Assembly: GCF_009834535.1 (NCBI RefSeq)
Contig: NC_045719.1
Location: 14,198,001-14,262,000 of the forward strand
DNA length: 64,000 nt
Source: Camelus ferus
Lineage: Eukaryota
Direction: 5' to 3'
A program made the position numbers and the translations under genes. This document shows, piece by piece, positions 1 to 12,429 of the stretch. The notes below the pieces were generated by a model. It was not told the origin of the DNA, did not search any database, and saw nothing but the letters and a program-made list of their open reading frames with translations. Positions within the stretch are counted from its first letter, which is position 1; every line of letters starts with the position of its first letter.

Positions 1-828
1 TCACAAAGATACAAACCTAGAAAAGAGAAAGTTGGATTGATAAGAGATCTTAAAGCGCATTTCTCCCTGAAGAATCAAGAAAATGGAGAAATATCACTGG
101 CGTTGCAATCACCTCTGTGGACTGAGGAACTGGTGGACAAATGCAAGCACCTTAATGCATGTGTTTCTGTTCAGACGTTCTCCAGATTAGACAAGGGTGT
201 GGCCAGACCTTCTCCCAGCAGTAAGACCGTACATCACAGTATCATCTATCAGGGAACTCAGTCACCAGTATTTTTTGTTTTCATAGGCAGCCATGATCTG
301 TAAACAAGATGAACTTTCTTGCTCTTTAGGCCATTTTAATAATCATAACGTCACATCTCATGTGAAAATGGAGTGGGAACACCTGCCTGTACTCAAACTC
401 TATGGAGCTTACGTTAGCATCAATTTACCTGTTCTCTTACTTCTTTGGGGAAGGAACTGGCATTTCAGCTACTAGCCATTTATTTTACACTGACTAATTT
501 TAAGCTTTGATTCGCATTCATCATAATTAGAATCAGATAATAGCGCTCTATGTGAGGCACCAGTAGCTTCCTTTAGAAAATCAAACGGGTTGTAATTAGG
601 GCCTGATGTGATGTTTGGCAGAACCATGGAGCCTCTGGATCACTTTCTGCCTGTTCTTTGTGAAGAACCATCCACATGAAGCAGCTGGAGCTCCAAAAGG
701 ACATCTGACTGGTAAATTGACCTGAGTGATTCAAATTTGATTACATACTGGAAACACATTTAGTTCAAGTTCAGCACATAAATATATATCAGTTAGAATA
801 AAGATCAGTTGCTCTTTTGTTATTCATT

Positions 829-992
829 NNNNNNNNNNNNNNNNNNNNNNNNNNNNNNNNNNNNNNNNNNNNNNNNNNNNNNNNNNNNNNNNNNNNNNNN
901 NNNNNNNNNNNNNNNNNNNNNNNNNNNNNNNNNNNNNNNNNNNNNNNNNNNNNNNNNNNNNNNNNNNNNNNNNNNNNNNNNNNNNNNNNNNN
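829..992. other. N block, 164 nt
   Basis: Counted directly. Confidence 0.99.
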
Positions 993-1614
993 GGTTGTTT
1001 ACCTTTTTCATTTTATATTGATTTGTTATGCACTTAGTTTTTTCTCCTACAGAAGAAAATTGAGTATGATTTAAAATGATGATTCTAACCATGTACTTAT
1101 AATTGAGAAGGTGACTACATTATAACATGATGTTTACTAAATGCTACATGAAGTACAGAGATAAAAGGATTATCTAGTAGTAATCGCTACCCAGCCACCA
1201 GATTCCAACACAATATCTGACAAATAATATCCTTATTTAGTGAGTAACTAGAAGGCAGAAATAGGATAAAACAAACTTCAAGTTGGCATCAAAGCTTTGC
1301 TTTTGATTAGGCAAAGTCATGGTTTGTTAAGTATTTTAACACAGAGGTGCCAGAGATAAATATTTTAAAAGAAAATACAATATTTAATGTTTTCTAAAAT
1401 GCAGTATCAAGGGCTATACGAATGAGTACTTAAACACAAAGCTGAGTCAACACTTCAGAATTCTCATTCTCTTTCAACTTTTGTTTTCTTCTATGACTTT
1501 GATCTACATACTAAACCTCATCATATCTATTTAAGTAAAATAGAAAGATTAACAGAAAAATTCTTGATTAGTATATATTGACTAATGACTTTAATTGGTT
1601 TGGCATGAGTACAG

Positions 1615-1617
<3 letters not shown>

Positions 1618-1683
<66 letters not shown>

Positions 1684-1704
1684 TACTACTACTATTATTA
1701 TTAT
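1618..1704. repeat. Compound trinucleotide microsatellite (TAT)21(TAC)4(TAT)4
   Basis: Counted directly in the sequence. Confidence 0.97.
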
Positions 1705-3264
1705 TAAGATTAATCCTTAATGTGTTTATTAAATATCTTTTCACTAGCTACAACTCCGAAAGAGCAAGTAATTTTTTTTAAATGATAAACAAGCAATTAA
1801 AAGCTTCCCTTCTTTTAGAAGAAAATTATCTGCTGTGAATAAATGAAAGTGTTACTACATTGAATCGCTTCAAAGAGACTTTCATTCCATTACAGGGCAG
1901 ATTATTTTGCAGGTAATGGCGAGACCACTTGCATAATAGCACTGTGTTTCATTAAGATAAAAAAAGATAAAACCCGAAGTATTTACATCCCAGAATAAAT
2001 CAGCCCAGCTCTCTGCTGATCGGCTGTGCCTTTTTCATTACTATATGGATGTGATGAATATTTTTCAAAACCTAGTTTAGACAAACTGTTCAGAAAGAAA
2101 TGAGTTCTCCTGATCAAACGAAAATTAAGGTGAAAATTGATGTCCTTCCTTCCTCCCCCGCCATGGAAATATTTAAGAATAAGAGACAATTATTTCTCAG
2201 AACTGTTAAGTCCTCTCAGGATTTGTCTCCTTCATACATTATGCAGCAACTATTTTAAACCCGGCCTCTCTCCGAGGGGCGAAAGATGGAGAAAATAAAT
2301 GAAGGAATGCCACCGAATATCATTCGTCCTGGAGACAGAAGGCGCATGCATGCTGAGTCCCTTATTTCTCTTAGTCCGGAAAAGCAGATAGCTCAAACCA
2401 TTTATTTCAACATTAGATTTCTCTCCGCTCTATTCATTTCTCAAGCAACCACCGGATGGCAGCATAGGACGATAAGTCAAAATTGATTCCTTAATTCAAA
2501 ATCATCCACCAGAGGTTATTAATCAGATGTGAATCCTTTCATGCCTAATGCGTGGAACTGGTAGCAAATTCATTCATGGCAAGAATGTGTGTGATACTTG
2601 GTCCCACCGTGTGTGGTTGCAGTGACACCTCTCCGAGTAATTTCTCAGTTGAGCCCGGAAGAAACCAGAACAGAATCTGTCTTTCATGCTGCAGTATCTT
2701 GGTGGGTGTGAGCAATGCAAACATGAATTTGTAGTGGGAAACATGAGAGCTTCGAGAAAAATGTAGAAGAGCTGACCACGACAGCCTTAGAGTTTGCTTT
2801 TTAAAAATCAGTCCCAGATTTCCTGTCTCTGGTCCCATTTCCCTCTCTCATAAAGAAGAAAGTAAAATGTGCAGAAATCCATTAGGATTATATCAAGTTA
2901 TTTGGGCTCATTAATACAAGATTTTTAATATCCCCTACTATCTTCTGCAGAACAGGATATAATTTATCTTCAGACTGGACAGACTAGCCAATGAGTTTTT
3001 GGTACTTTTTCCCCCCTGTGCCTGCTTCAGGATGCCTCAGAGGTCACATTGCTCCCTCCTACATTATTTCTGTTTCTCCTCCATCTGAGTGCCTCCACCC
3101 TCTATTTGGAAGCCTTTGTTTATCAAAGAAGCTCCATTCAGCTTTCTCGCATTTGCCCTCTGGGTACCACCCACCCAGGTGTCCCACCTGAGGCCTTCTC
3201 TTCTCAGCCTGGCCAGTCTTTTCTCCTGCTACCAAATTGCTCTCTGAGAGTGTAAACCTTAATT

Positions 3265-3430
3265 CTTTTATTAACTGAGACATAATTGACATATGACATG
3301 GTAATATCATGGGCAAAGTTTCAGTTGTACAACAAAATGATTCAATATTTGTATACATTGCAAAGATACTGGCTAATATCCATCACCACACAGAGGGACA
3401 ATTTTTTTTCTCGTGATGATAACTTTTAAA
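3265..3430 (-). mobile_element. L1 3' end fragment (L1MA9-like)
   Basis: TTGACATA...TTTCAGTTGTACAACAAAATGATTCAATATTTGTATACATTGC...GTGATGATAACTTTTAA. Confidence 0.7.
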
Positions 3431-4127
3431 AGGTACTTCTTAAAAGTTTAAAAACTGCAATATTTTTTAAAAAATCATTTAGATTTAGACCCCCCACATT
3501 CTATAATTTGTTACTTTACACGTATTTCCTATTTTCTCACACGCATACAATTACTTCAAATGCTGTTACTTGTCATGCTTAGAAATCCTCATTTAGAACA
3601 GCGTTTTCACTGGGATATTGTGCAATATCATTTACTAGGAAACATGTCGCAAAGAAACATCCATTTGAGGAATGACACATGTGCTTCCTTTTGAAAAGAA
3701 GAAATACACATTAACATATGAAGTGTCTGAGAAGTCCCACAGAAAAGAACTATTTCACCTTTTGTAAGTCCAGCTTTTAAAACCCTGCTATTACCTTGCG
3801 TTAAGAAATGCTGACTTCGAACATATAAATCAAAACATGAAGATTACACTTTGAAGTGCATAATATCTCTCACATACAAAACTGAAATTTTGACACCGCA
3901 AATACCGAAATTCCAGTGCACTTAGTTGTCAACCCAGAGTATCTGTTAACATTGAAAATACCATCAAATTCCAAAATTCCTGAGACAAAAGTTTTAAGCC
4001 TATTTTAAAAGTTTCTCATACAAATGTTGTAAATCATTCAGTTAATCTAAAATAAATCTTTTGTGTGAAAATTTTACGCTGTGAGACTCAACTTAGACCC
4101 ATGAAAACGATCTAATTTATCGATAGA

Positions 4128-4146
4128 TGTTGCCATCTAGTGGCCA
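4128..4146 (-). promoter_or_regulatory. CTCF-like motif TGGCCACTAGATGGCAACA
   Basis: Exact match to the core CCASYAGRKGGCR with 5' TGG flank. Confidence 0.5.
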
Positions 4147-5049
4147 TTTCGTAAATCACAGTTTGAACTCAAACATTTGGCTGAAAGCTGTCATAGTAAT
4201 TGTATTCAGAGACAGAATTTTAGAGTAGTTTATCACTAAACTCAGACTAATTTATAAGTTTAGAAATTTAATTTTTGTTGAGTATCTTCTTCAGGAAATC
4301 TTATATTTGATTTTCAATTCATTTATACAAATATCTAAATTTACTGGGTTCCCCTGACTATACACAGTAATTTACTATTTTAGGGGGTTGGATGTCAGGC
4401 TGATTTTGGCTTGACGCACTCATACATGTTTCCACCTAGAAGTTCACATGCATTTAATTTACAGATTTTCCGATCATGTCAAGTTAGTGATACTCACATT
4501 GCCTTTTGGAAGAAATAATACTTATTGTTCATAATGTATCAGTTTAAAGGCAAGAAACTAAAATTAAGCTTGTGGTCAGTTACCCAAGTGATGCACTGTG
4601 CCTCCTTTAAGGCCTAAAAATAATCACCATTTCATTTAGTTAACACATACGTTGTAAAGGTTTAGATATCTTCCTTCATTGCAGCTGAGTAGGAGGGAAT
4701 GGAGAAAGAGAGTAGTTTTTACAGCTTACTTACTTGGAGGGAAATTCAAAAGTACTTGGGGGAATGTAAGCACCAAATATCAAGTAAGAGGGGGGAAAGT
4801 TAGATGTGTAACAAATTTAGGGCAATAAACAATGTTAACATGAACACAGACTGAAGTCTGAGATGGTTGCCCTAAGAGAGCAGTGAAGTAAGAGAGAACA
4901 CAAGACAGGGTAGGGGCTGGCATTTTCAAAGTGGGTATTCTGCATCAGTGCCTCGCCAGTAGAATTTCAAATGTTCAAAGCTGGGCTAAAATGGTAGAGC
5001 TGTCACCATCTTATTTCAAATATTTTTAATCTTTGGAATTAAAAAAAAA

Positions 5050-6040
5050 TTTATTCTTTGTAGTAAGAACATTTTAAATGAGCTCTGTCGTCTTAACAGA
5101 TGTTTAAGTGTATAATACAGTATTGCTGACTGTCGGTATAATGTCACACAGCAGATTTCCAGAACCTTTTCATTTTTCACAACTGAAACTCTGTAGCCAG
5201 TGGGGACAGCAGCTCCCCCATTTCCCCTTCCCCTGGCTCCTGGCAACCACCATTCTCCTCTTTGCCTCTACAAATTTGACTATTTTACATACCTCATTTT
5301 AGTGGAATCAGGCAATACTTGTCTCTCTAACTGGATTNNNNNNNNNNNNNNNNNNNNNNNNNNNNNNNNNNNNNNNNNNNNNNNNNNNNNNNNNNNNNNN
5401 NNNNNNNNNNNNNNNNNNNNNNNNNNNNNNNNNNNNNNNNNNNNNNNNNNNNNNNNNNNNNNNNNCTTGGGTTGTTTCCCATCTTGACTACAGTGAATAG
5501 CAATGCAGTGAACATGAGAGTGTGACTAACTCTGTAATACCCTGATTTCAGTTGTTTTGGATAAATACCCAGAAGTAGGATTGCTAGATCATATCATAGT
5601 TCTGTTTTCAATTTTTTGAAGAACCTCCCCATAATGTTTTCCATAGCAGCTGCACCATTTTGCATTCTTACTAGCAATGGACAAGGATTCCAATTTTTCC
5701 ACATCCTAGCTTGTTGCCCTTTGTTTTCTTGATAATACTCATGCTGACAAGTGTGGGGTGATATTTCATTGTGGTTTTGATTTGCATTTCCCTGATGATT
5801 AATGGTCTTGAGCATTTTTTTATGTACCTATTTCTTCTTTGGATAAATTGCTATTTAAGTCCTCAGTCTATATGTTAATCAAGTTATTAGTTTTTTTGTT
5901 ACTGAGCTGTAGGAGATCCAAAGCTTTTTGGAGATTTTTACCCCTTAACAGATATGTCGTCTGTAAATGTTTTCTCCTCCTCCATAGGCTGTCTTTTCAC
6001 TCTGTTGATATTATCCTTTGCTGTGAATCTTTGGAATTTT
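5050..6040 (-). mobile_element. L1 (L1MA-type) 3' UTR and ORF2 end, about 1 kb, containing an N block
   Basis: Typical antisense L1 text (ACTGAAACTCTGTA..., GGATAAATACCCAGAAGT.GGATTGCTAGATCATA..., TTGATTTGCATTTCCCTGATGATT). Confidence 0.85.
5338..5465. other. N block, 128 nt, inside an L1
   Basis: Counted directly. Confidence 0.99.
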
Positions 6041-6526
6041 AAACTAAGATGTTTGAAAGCTATCAGACTCCCAGCTTGCCAACGGAAAAGTCACATGTTT
6101 TTTAATGAACATTCTAAAAATTCAGTACGACTAAATAAAGCAGGGAGAGGTGTTTTGAGTGGTTCTGGGTCAGTCTGAGTGACAGTTTTCAGGCCTTTGA
6201 ATTCGACTCAAAGGCATTCTTGGCCCCATCAGACGAGAGACTGTAGCCACATATCCCTTCACCATCATTGCACCAGCTTCTGACCCCTCATTCCAATTAC
6301 ATTCCAGGAGTAGATGCAGGATCGTCAATGTCTGTATAGCAAATAGTAAGAAAGAGGAGTAGAAAACAGGACTGTGGTCGTTTACCAACTGAGACCCATC
6401 TCTGCTTAACGTGTACACAGTGTCCCTGCTGTAACGAGTATGCTTTAGGTTAAGTTTTTTTTTAATATCACAATTTGTTTAAGTTAAACGTGGTTGCAAT
6501 TGTTATTTTTGCTTTCAACAAATTTA

Positions 6527-6670
6527 TAGAGCTCAGTGGTAGAGTGAGTGCCTAACGTGCTTAAGGTCCTGAGTTGGATACCCGCTACCTCCACTAAAGA
6601 TAAAAAAAAAAAAAACAAAAAAAACTAATTACCTCCCCACTAAAAATTTTTTTTAAATAAAAATAAATAA
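6527..6670 (+). mobile_element. tRNA-derived SINE (camelid Vic-1-like), 5'-eroded and diverged
   Basis: GCTCAGTGGTAGAG...AAGGTCCTGAGTT...TACCTCCA, A-rich run, CTAATTACCTCCCC as in the other copies. Confidence 0.8.
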
Positions 6671-8231
6671 TTTTTTTTTGAAATTTACAAGAGGAAAAGA
6701 AAACCCCTACGACCTAACGGAGAGTGCACTAGTAACATACAAAGATACAGATCTCGTCTTCAAGCAGCTAAGACACAAATTGAAGAAGCGTTCAAGGTCA
6801 GTCAATCAGTGTCACATGATAAGGTGCCGAATGTGTATGCTGATCTGATGTGTTGACTGTATTAATTTCAGTAGCCTTTTCTTAACCAGCGCTACCTAAT
6901 GTCTTGCCACTGTAGTCTACATTTTTCCGTACTTTGATTTTATGACACCCACCTCTGCTTCCTCCCACTGTGCTCACTGTGGTTCTCCGCACACCGCGCT
7001 GTGTCAAGTACGTACCATGTCGGCACGTGAGCACACACTCACAGTTTCAAGTTATCTGGCTGGTCCCCCCTATTTTATACTCATATCTGGGAATTTTCCT
7101 CTCCTCCTATTTTTTTTTTCTTTTTGGCTCTCTTGAACATTTCTTTCCCACTGGGCCTCAGTAAAGCCTTTTTTCAATTTTAGTAGAGTCAACTGTAACA
7201 TAAAATAACCTAAACCCTCAGTTTGAATGCTGTCCTTTGGCTTCCAGAGTTCTAGGTTTTTCCTGTTTTTTTTTTCTTTCTTTCTTTTTTACTTTCTCTA
7301 AATGCTATTATGGAATATATTTAATAAATGTCTGACCCTAGTTTTGGGTTTCAGGGTCACAATTTAGGATGTTTATCTATCATTTTTCTTGGCATGTTCT
7401 TACAGGCTGTCAAAGCCACAAAGCAGCTCATCTCTCTAATGTTTACCTTTGCTTCATTATGAAAATAATCCTTTAAAGTGCTGGCTGGTCAGTCATTCTC
7501 TCAAAATGACCCTTTTATTCTCAAAGGTTTTATTTGGACAAATTCTAAGCCCTGAAGCACTTCTTAGTTAATTGAAAGGTAATTGAAAGTAAAAACCAAC
7601 TTTGAAACCTACCTGTGAGGATATCTCATAATTACAATGTTAACTGAGTTGATTGAATCAACACAATTTTGCAAATTGCCTTTGTAAAGACAATTCCTGT
7701 GTCCACATATGACATGTTCTCAGAAGGAAAAGAATCATTCCTTGAAAATGAAAAACATAAGAATCTCGAAAAAAAATTTTAACATGAAATCAATGCTACT
7801 AGATATTTTAAACTGTATTTTAAAAGAAACAAGTAATCCTTCTTTTAAATTGATAGCAATAATTTTATAACTTGAAATAAAATGTGATACTTGTAGTATA
7901 TATTAAAGCATTTGAAATATAAAAATATTTACCAGCTCTGCAAGGAAACCAAACATAGCACCATAAAATATTTTGCATAAATATTACCCAAATCAGAAAA
8001 ATTTTATAAATAATTACATGTGCAAACGCTATCACTGAGCCTGAATCATTAGGATTTAGTATCTTCCTCATAACACAATGGGGAATACAGCTCAATTTTG
8101 GGCCAGTAAACAATGTATCCTTGGATTTTTTTTTTCATTCCCTAGCCCATATGGCAAATGACATGCCAGGAAGTAGGGAGAAACATGGGAAAAAAATAGA
8201 ATCATTTGGGTAGTTAAAAACTATAGAATTC

Positions 8232-8950
8232 AACATCAGCAAAATGGCAGACTAGGAAGGTCCAAACTCTCCTTCTTACATAAAAGCATCAACCAAACAA
8301 CCACAAGCTATCGAAGCCAACTTTGTAAGAGCTCTGGAAGCAAAGGTTTGTGACACAGCAAACCCTTAAGCAAGAAAAAGCCATCTCCAAACTGGCAGGA
8401 GAGTTTTCAGTATTTTTATTTGCCATCACCCCAGCTCCTCCCTGGTGCAGTGGTGGTGTCTTGGTCTTAAGCAGCAGCAACCCGGTTCTCCTCACCTTTG
8501 GACCAGAGGGAGCAGAACAGACCCTATTTGCACGTTATGGTGTAGATCTGTTCTCATCTGGCTGGAGGATCCGAACGGCTGACTCGCTAGTCTCTGTCTC
8601 ATGTAACCTGGAACGCAGGCAGGATACAGCGGCGAGCACTCTTCAAAAAAGCCACAAGGGGGATGCAAACTCGCAGACACCTGGAGTAAACGATTATAGG
8701 TAGAGACGTGCAATAGACTCTTTAAGGCCTGGAGGAGAATGTGGAGTAAGACACTGGGAAATCGGGACATTGAACAGCAGCTGCGTATGTGGGGATTTTA
8801 GGGCATCACGCGCATGCGCAGGCAAGACGCATGCTCAGAAGAGTCACGGGAAGACCTTAAGCTTTTGCCTTAGGCTGATCCGTGAAGGGCTGTCTCAACA
8901 AAAGCTAGTCTGTAAAGACTGGGAGAAATAGTTGTTCATTCTTTTCACCT
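8232..8950 (+). mobile_element. Old L1 5' end / 5' UTR (L1M-class)
   Basis: Starts CATCAGCAAAATGGCAGACTAGGAAGG; later GGCAAGACGCATGCTCAGAAG...AAGACCTTAAGCTTT...TAGGCTGATCC resembles recalled L1M 5'-end consensus. Confidence 0.55.
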
Positions 8951-9136
8951 TTTGTGCGTGTGTATGTGTATTTTTGTTTGTCAATGAGAGAAGACTTTAC
9001 ATCTGCTAAAATGGCTACAATCAAAAAGGCAGATAGTAAGCGTTGGCAGAGATGTGGTGAAATCAGAAACTTCATACACCATTTGTGGTCATGGAAAAGG
9101 GTACCACTGCTTTGGGAAATATTTTAACCATTCTGC

Positions 9137-9291
9137 NNNNNNNNNNNNNNNNNNNNNNNNNNNNNNNNNNNNNNNNNNNNNNNNNNNNNNNNNNNNNNNN
9201 NNNNNNNNNNNNNNNNNNNNNNNNNNNNNNNNNNNNNNNNNNNNNNNNNNNNNNNNNNNNNNNNNNNNNNNNNNNNNNNNNNNNNNNNNNN
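9137..9291. other. N block, 155 nt, inside an L1
   Basis: Counted directly. Confidence 0.99.
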
Positions 9292-9347
9292 GCTCATCAG
9301 TGACGAATAAATAAATAAAAGGTGTGTATCCATACAATGAAATAGTT

Positions 9348-9510
9348 NNNNNNNNNNNNNNNNNNNNNNNNNNNNNNNNNNNNNNNNNNNNNNNNNNNNN
9401 NNNNNNNNNNNNNNNNNNNNNNNNNNNNNNNNNNNNNNNNNNNNNNNNNNNNNNNNNNNNNNNNNNNNNNNNNNNNNNNNNNNNNNNNNNNNNNNNNNNN
9501 NNNNNNNNNN
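9348..9510. other. N block, 163 nt, inside an L1
   Basis: Counted directly. Confidence 0.99.
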
Positions 9511-9789
9511 GTGTTTGCACAGGGGCTGGTGCTCAAAGGGGTTATAGCTAATGAGTATAGGGTTTCTTTTCGGGGTGAAAAAAATGTCTTTTAAATTGAT
9601 TGTGGTGATGGTTGCACAACTTTGACTATAATGAAAATGATTCAATTAATTACACATTACAAATAAATGAAACGTATGGTATGTGAGTTAACGTCTCAAT
9701 TAAGCTGTGAAAGTAAATAAATAAATTGATTGATTGGCAGATCGATAAATAAATAAGCAAATGCAGAAAACTCTGGTAGTAGAGATATA

Positions 9790-10250
9790 ATGAAGTTTTT
9801 TAACCAGATTGATGCAAATACAGTAAGGAAAGAGGAATAAAATAACAAAAAAACAGATGGTACCAAAAAAAAAATCTGATAGCAAAATGGTAGACTGAAA
9901 ACCAACTATATCAATATTTAATCAGTAAATCAAACATTAAAAGACTTTTCATTTATTATAAGAGAAGAGCAAGCTATGTGCTGTATGCAGGAAACACACT
10001 TCAAATAAAGGCACACATGCGATGAAAATAAAGGAAAGGGAAAGAGATACACTCTTAGAAAAATACTTAACAAAAGAAAACCGATATAGCTATATTACTA
10101 TCAAACAAATTAGAATTTAAAGTGAAAAATATTACAAGTGATAAAAAGAAACATTTCATAATAATAAAAGCAGCAATTAAACAAAGATGAAAATTACAAA
10201 TTGTATAAAATTGTCAAAAATTTTAAAAGACAGGTAAATCCATAATCATA
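9790..10250 (+). mobile_element. L1 ORF2 endonuclease-region relic
   Basis: GCTATGTGCTGTATGCAGGAAACACACTTCAAATA...GCTATATTACTATCAAACAAATTAGAATTTAAAG matches the pattern of the L1 EN N-terminus. Confidence 0.65.
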
Positions 10251-10973
10251 ATAGGAAGTATAGATAAGTAGAAAGTAACATACTTGGTTTCACTAATAAT
10301 TGCCCATCATTTCTGACTAGAAGGTCATAGTAAAATTAGCAAAATACACAACTCAGCTTGGAAAAAAAAATCCCCAATGACTGTTCAAAATGCAGGGATT
10401 CTGGAACTGCTTAGATTTGGGGGGGAAGGAACAAGTCATCTCATCAACAGAGATATGAAAATGAATGCGGTCAATCTCTGCATGTTTTGCTAATATTATT
10501 TTAGGTAGAAAATGGAGAAGCAGGGGAAAAAGCCACTTACATTGGTCTCTATCCTGAAATCTTAACCTCATTAATTTTAAATTAGAATTTTAGGAAAATA
10601 GACCATAGCCCAAAACTGAGATTGTGACCTAGTGGTGGCCAGGTATGAAAAATAAATCAATTTTCTCATAGAAACCATCTCGAGTACATTTATCTGATTC
10701 ATATTTGCTATAAGCAGCAACAGCAGCAGGAAGAAAGCACATAGAAACAGCTACCCACCACACGTGAAGTGCACTGAGCTTTTATGGTGTGTGAAATAAA
10801 GCATTTGGTTTTGAAAGAGAAGGGGGAAAGGGAAAAAGAAAACAATGGAAGTTAACTGCAAGCTCAGGTAGAGCTGACGTAATTAAGAACAGGTAAAATG
10901 GATTAATGATCACGGTGTCATATACTAGTCATCTCTGATGCCTTCCTAAAATTATCTAAACATTATCTGGGCA

Positions 10974-11503
10974 TGTGGATGAGAAGTGTTGCCTGCCATT
11001 TCAGTAAACAAAGGATATTGCAACCATCAAGCCACTATAGCCGCCCCGACAGTGAGCTTTCGGAATTCGGGGTGGAAACAAAAGGGCTGCCCGCTGCCAA
11101 GCCCTCAGCCACCGCAGCCGCCCGTCACCCCCAAAGGTGCACTCAAAGGGGACTCAGGATGGGAAAGAACAGAATACTGGCCCTAAATGACTAAGGTGCA
11201 TCTCAAAGGAATGATTTCAGTGAGCCCAGACTCTTGCATCTTCCCATACATAGAGAAGGGCTCAATTCCTTAACTTAGACGTCCGGTTCTCTTTCATTAA
11301 CAGCAATCTTTCGATGTTTTGACTACCTGATCTTTGTTGCAAAAACTCCTATACATCCGGGCTCCTCCCTTACCTCTTCGGAGCAGTCCCTCAGAGCTAT
11401 TTTGGGAGGCTGCCTCCCAGGCTTGAAGTCTTCAGAAAGACTGCTGAATAAAACATAATTCTCAGCTTTTAGGTTGTGCCTTTTTTGTTTTTCCCAGTTG
11501 ACA
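10974..11503 (+). mobile_element. ERV1-type solo LTR (530 bp)
   Basis: TG...CA termini; 4-bp TSD GGCA at 10970-10973 and 11504-11507; TATA-like TATACA at 11350; AATAAA at 11447-11452; imperfect U3 repeats. Confidence 0.85.
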
Positions 11504-12429
11504 GGCACATAAAATAAACTCAAAGATAAAACGAGCTCTGTAGTAAAACGGCTTGACAAGGGCCCTCATCTGTTTTTGTCATGCATGTCAGTAAAAGTAA
11601 TCAAGGTCATTTTTAATTTATAATAAAAGTTAGGTAAGTTGCCAAATTTAATCTCCTTGAGATCTTCGCTCTAATCTGCTTAATTGTCATAAAGATGGTT
11701 CTGTATGTTTATTTGATAGGATCCTTGGAACATAAATATTTATGTCCTTTACCTTTCTTACTGGCTTGAAAGATGATAGGACTATTGGTGCAGAGATGAA
11801 TAGAAAATCTAGACCATGCAATACAGAGAACACAGATCATGACATAATATGAGTGAGAACATGCAGGCTCTGTTTAAGAGGGATGTTTTTCAAGCACTGG
11901 AGCAAAAATGGATGGACTTAGGGTGGAGACAGAATATTCAAAGGTGATATAAGCTGGCTGGCGGGCAGACATCAGATATGAAATCAGACCAGACTTGTGG
12001 CTGTAAAGACATGTTAGGAGACAAATCGGTTTCCCATCGTTAGAAGAGGAACAAGCTGCCAGATGCTGACATGGGCAACTTAGGTTCCCCAAGACACATG
12101 CTGGTTCATGCCTTTTTCTATATTCTTTGTGATATTCCAAAGTCACTCACAAGAGCGCCTCCCCTGTGACATGTGAAGGACAGGATCTGGCAAGTGGTTA
12201 ATGCAACTCTAAGACGGGGAGGCAGTAAATATAAGATAAAAAGAATAAAGAGAGAGAGAAAATGGGGGGGGGGCAGGAAGGAGAAGAAGAAATGAGGAAG
12301 AGGAAGAAACTGAGAAGAGAACTTAAAAAAAAAAGGCAAAGAGAAAAGAAGAAGAGAAGAAGGAAGAAAACCCTTTATCAGCACTGACTCATCTCACCAG
12401 GGGAGCAGGAACTGTTGTCACAACTCAGG

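Larger units (their letters stand above)
8990..9690 (+). mobile_element. L1MB-type 3' end, containing two N blocks
   Basis: AAAATGGCTACAATCAAAAAGGCAGA... through TTGATTGTGGTGATGGTTGCACAACT...TATGGTATGTGAGTT..TCTCAATTAAGCTGT. Confidence 0.85.

Noticed and set aside
1578-1781. Poly-Leu ORF resembling a signal or TM peptide
   Set aside because: It is the translation of the TAT/TAC microsatellite.
8350-8703. 117-aa plus-strand ORF
   Set aside because: It lies inside an L1 5'-end relic and has no recognisable protein similarity or splice context.
9137-9510. Idea that SINE-sized N blocks hide young SINE insertions
   Set aside because: The L1 flanks appear collinear, with missing lengths close to the block sizes, leaving no room for an extra element.
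9089-9645. Long ORFs of 143-173 aa here, and similar ones at 809-1092, 5200-5515 and 17556-17858
   Set aside because: They run through N blocks, so the length is an artefact.
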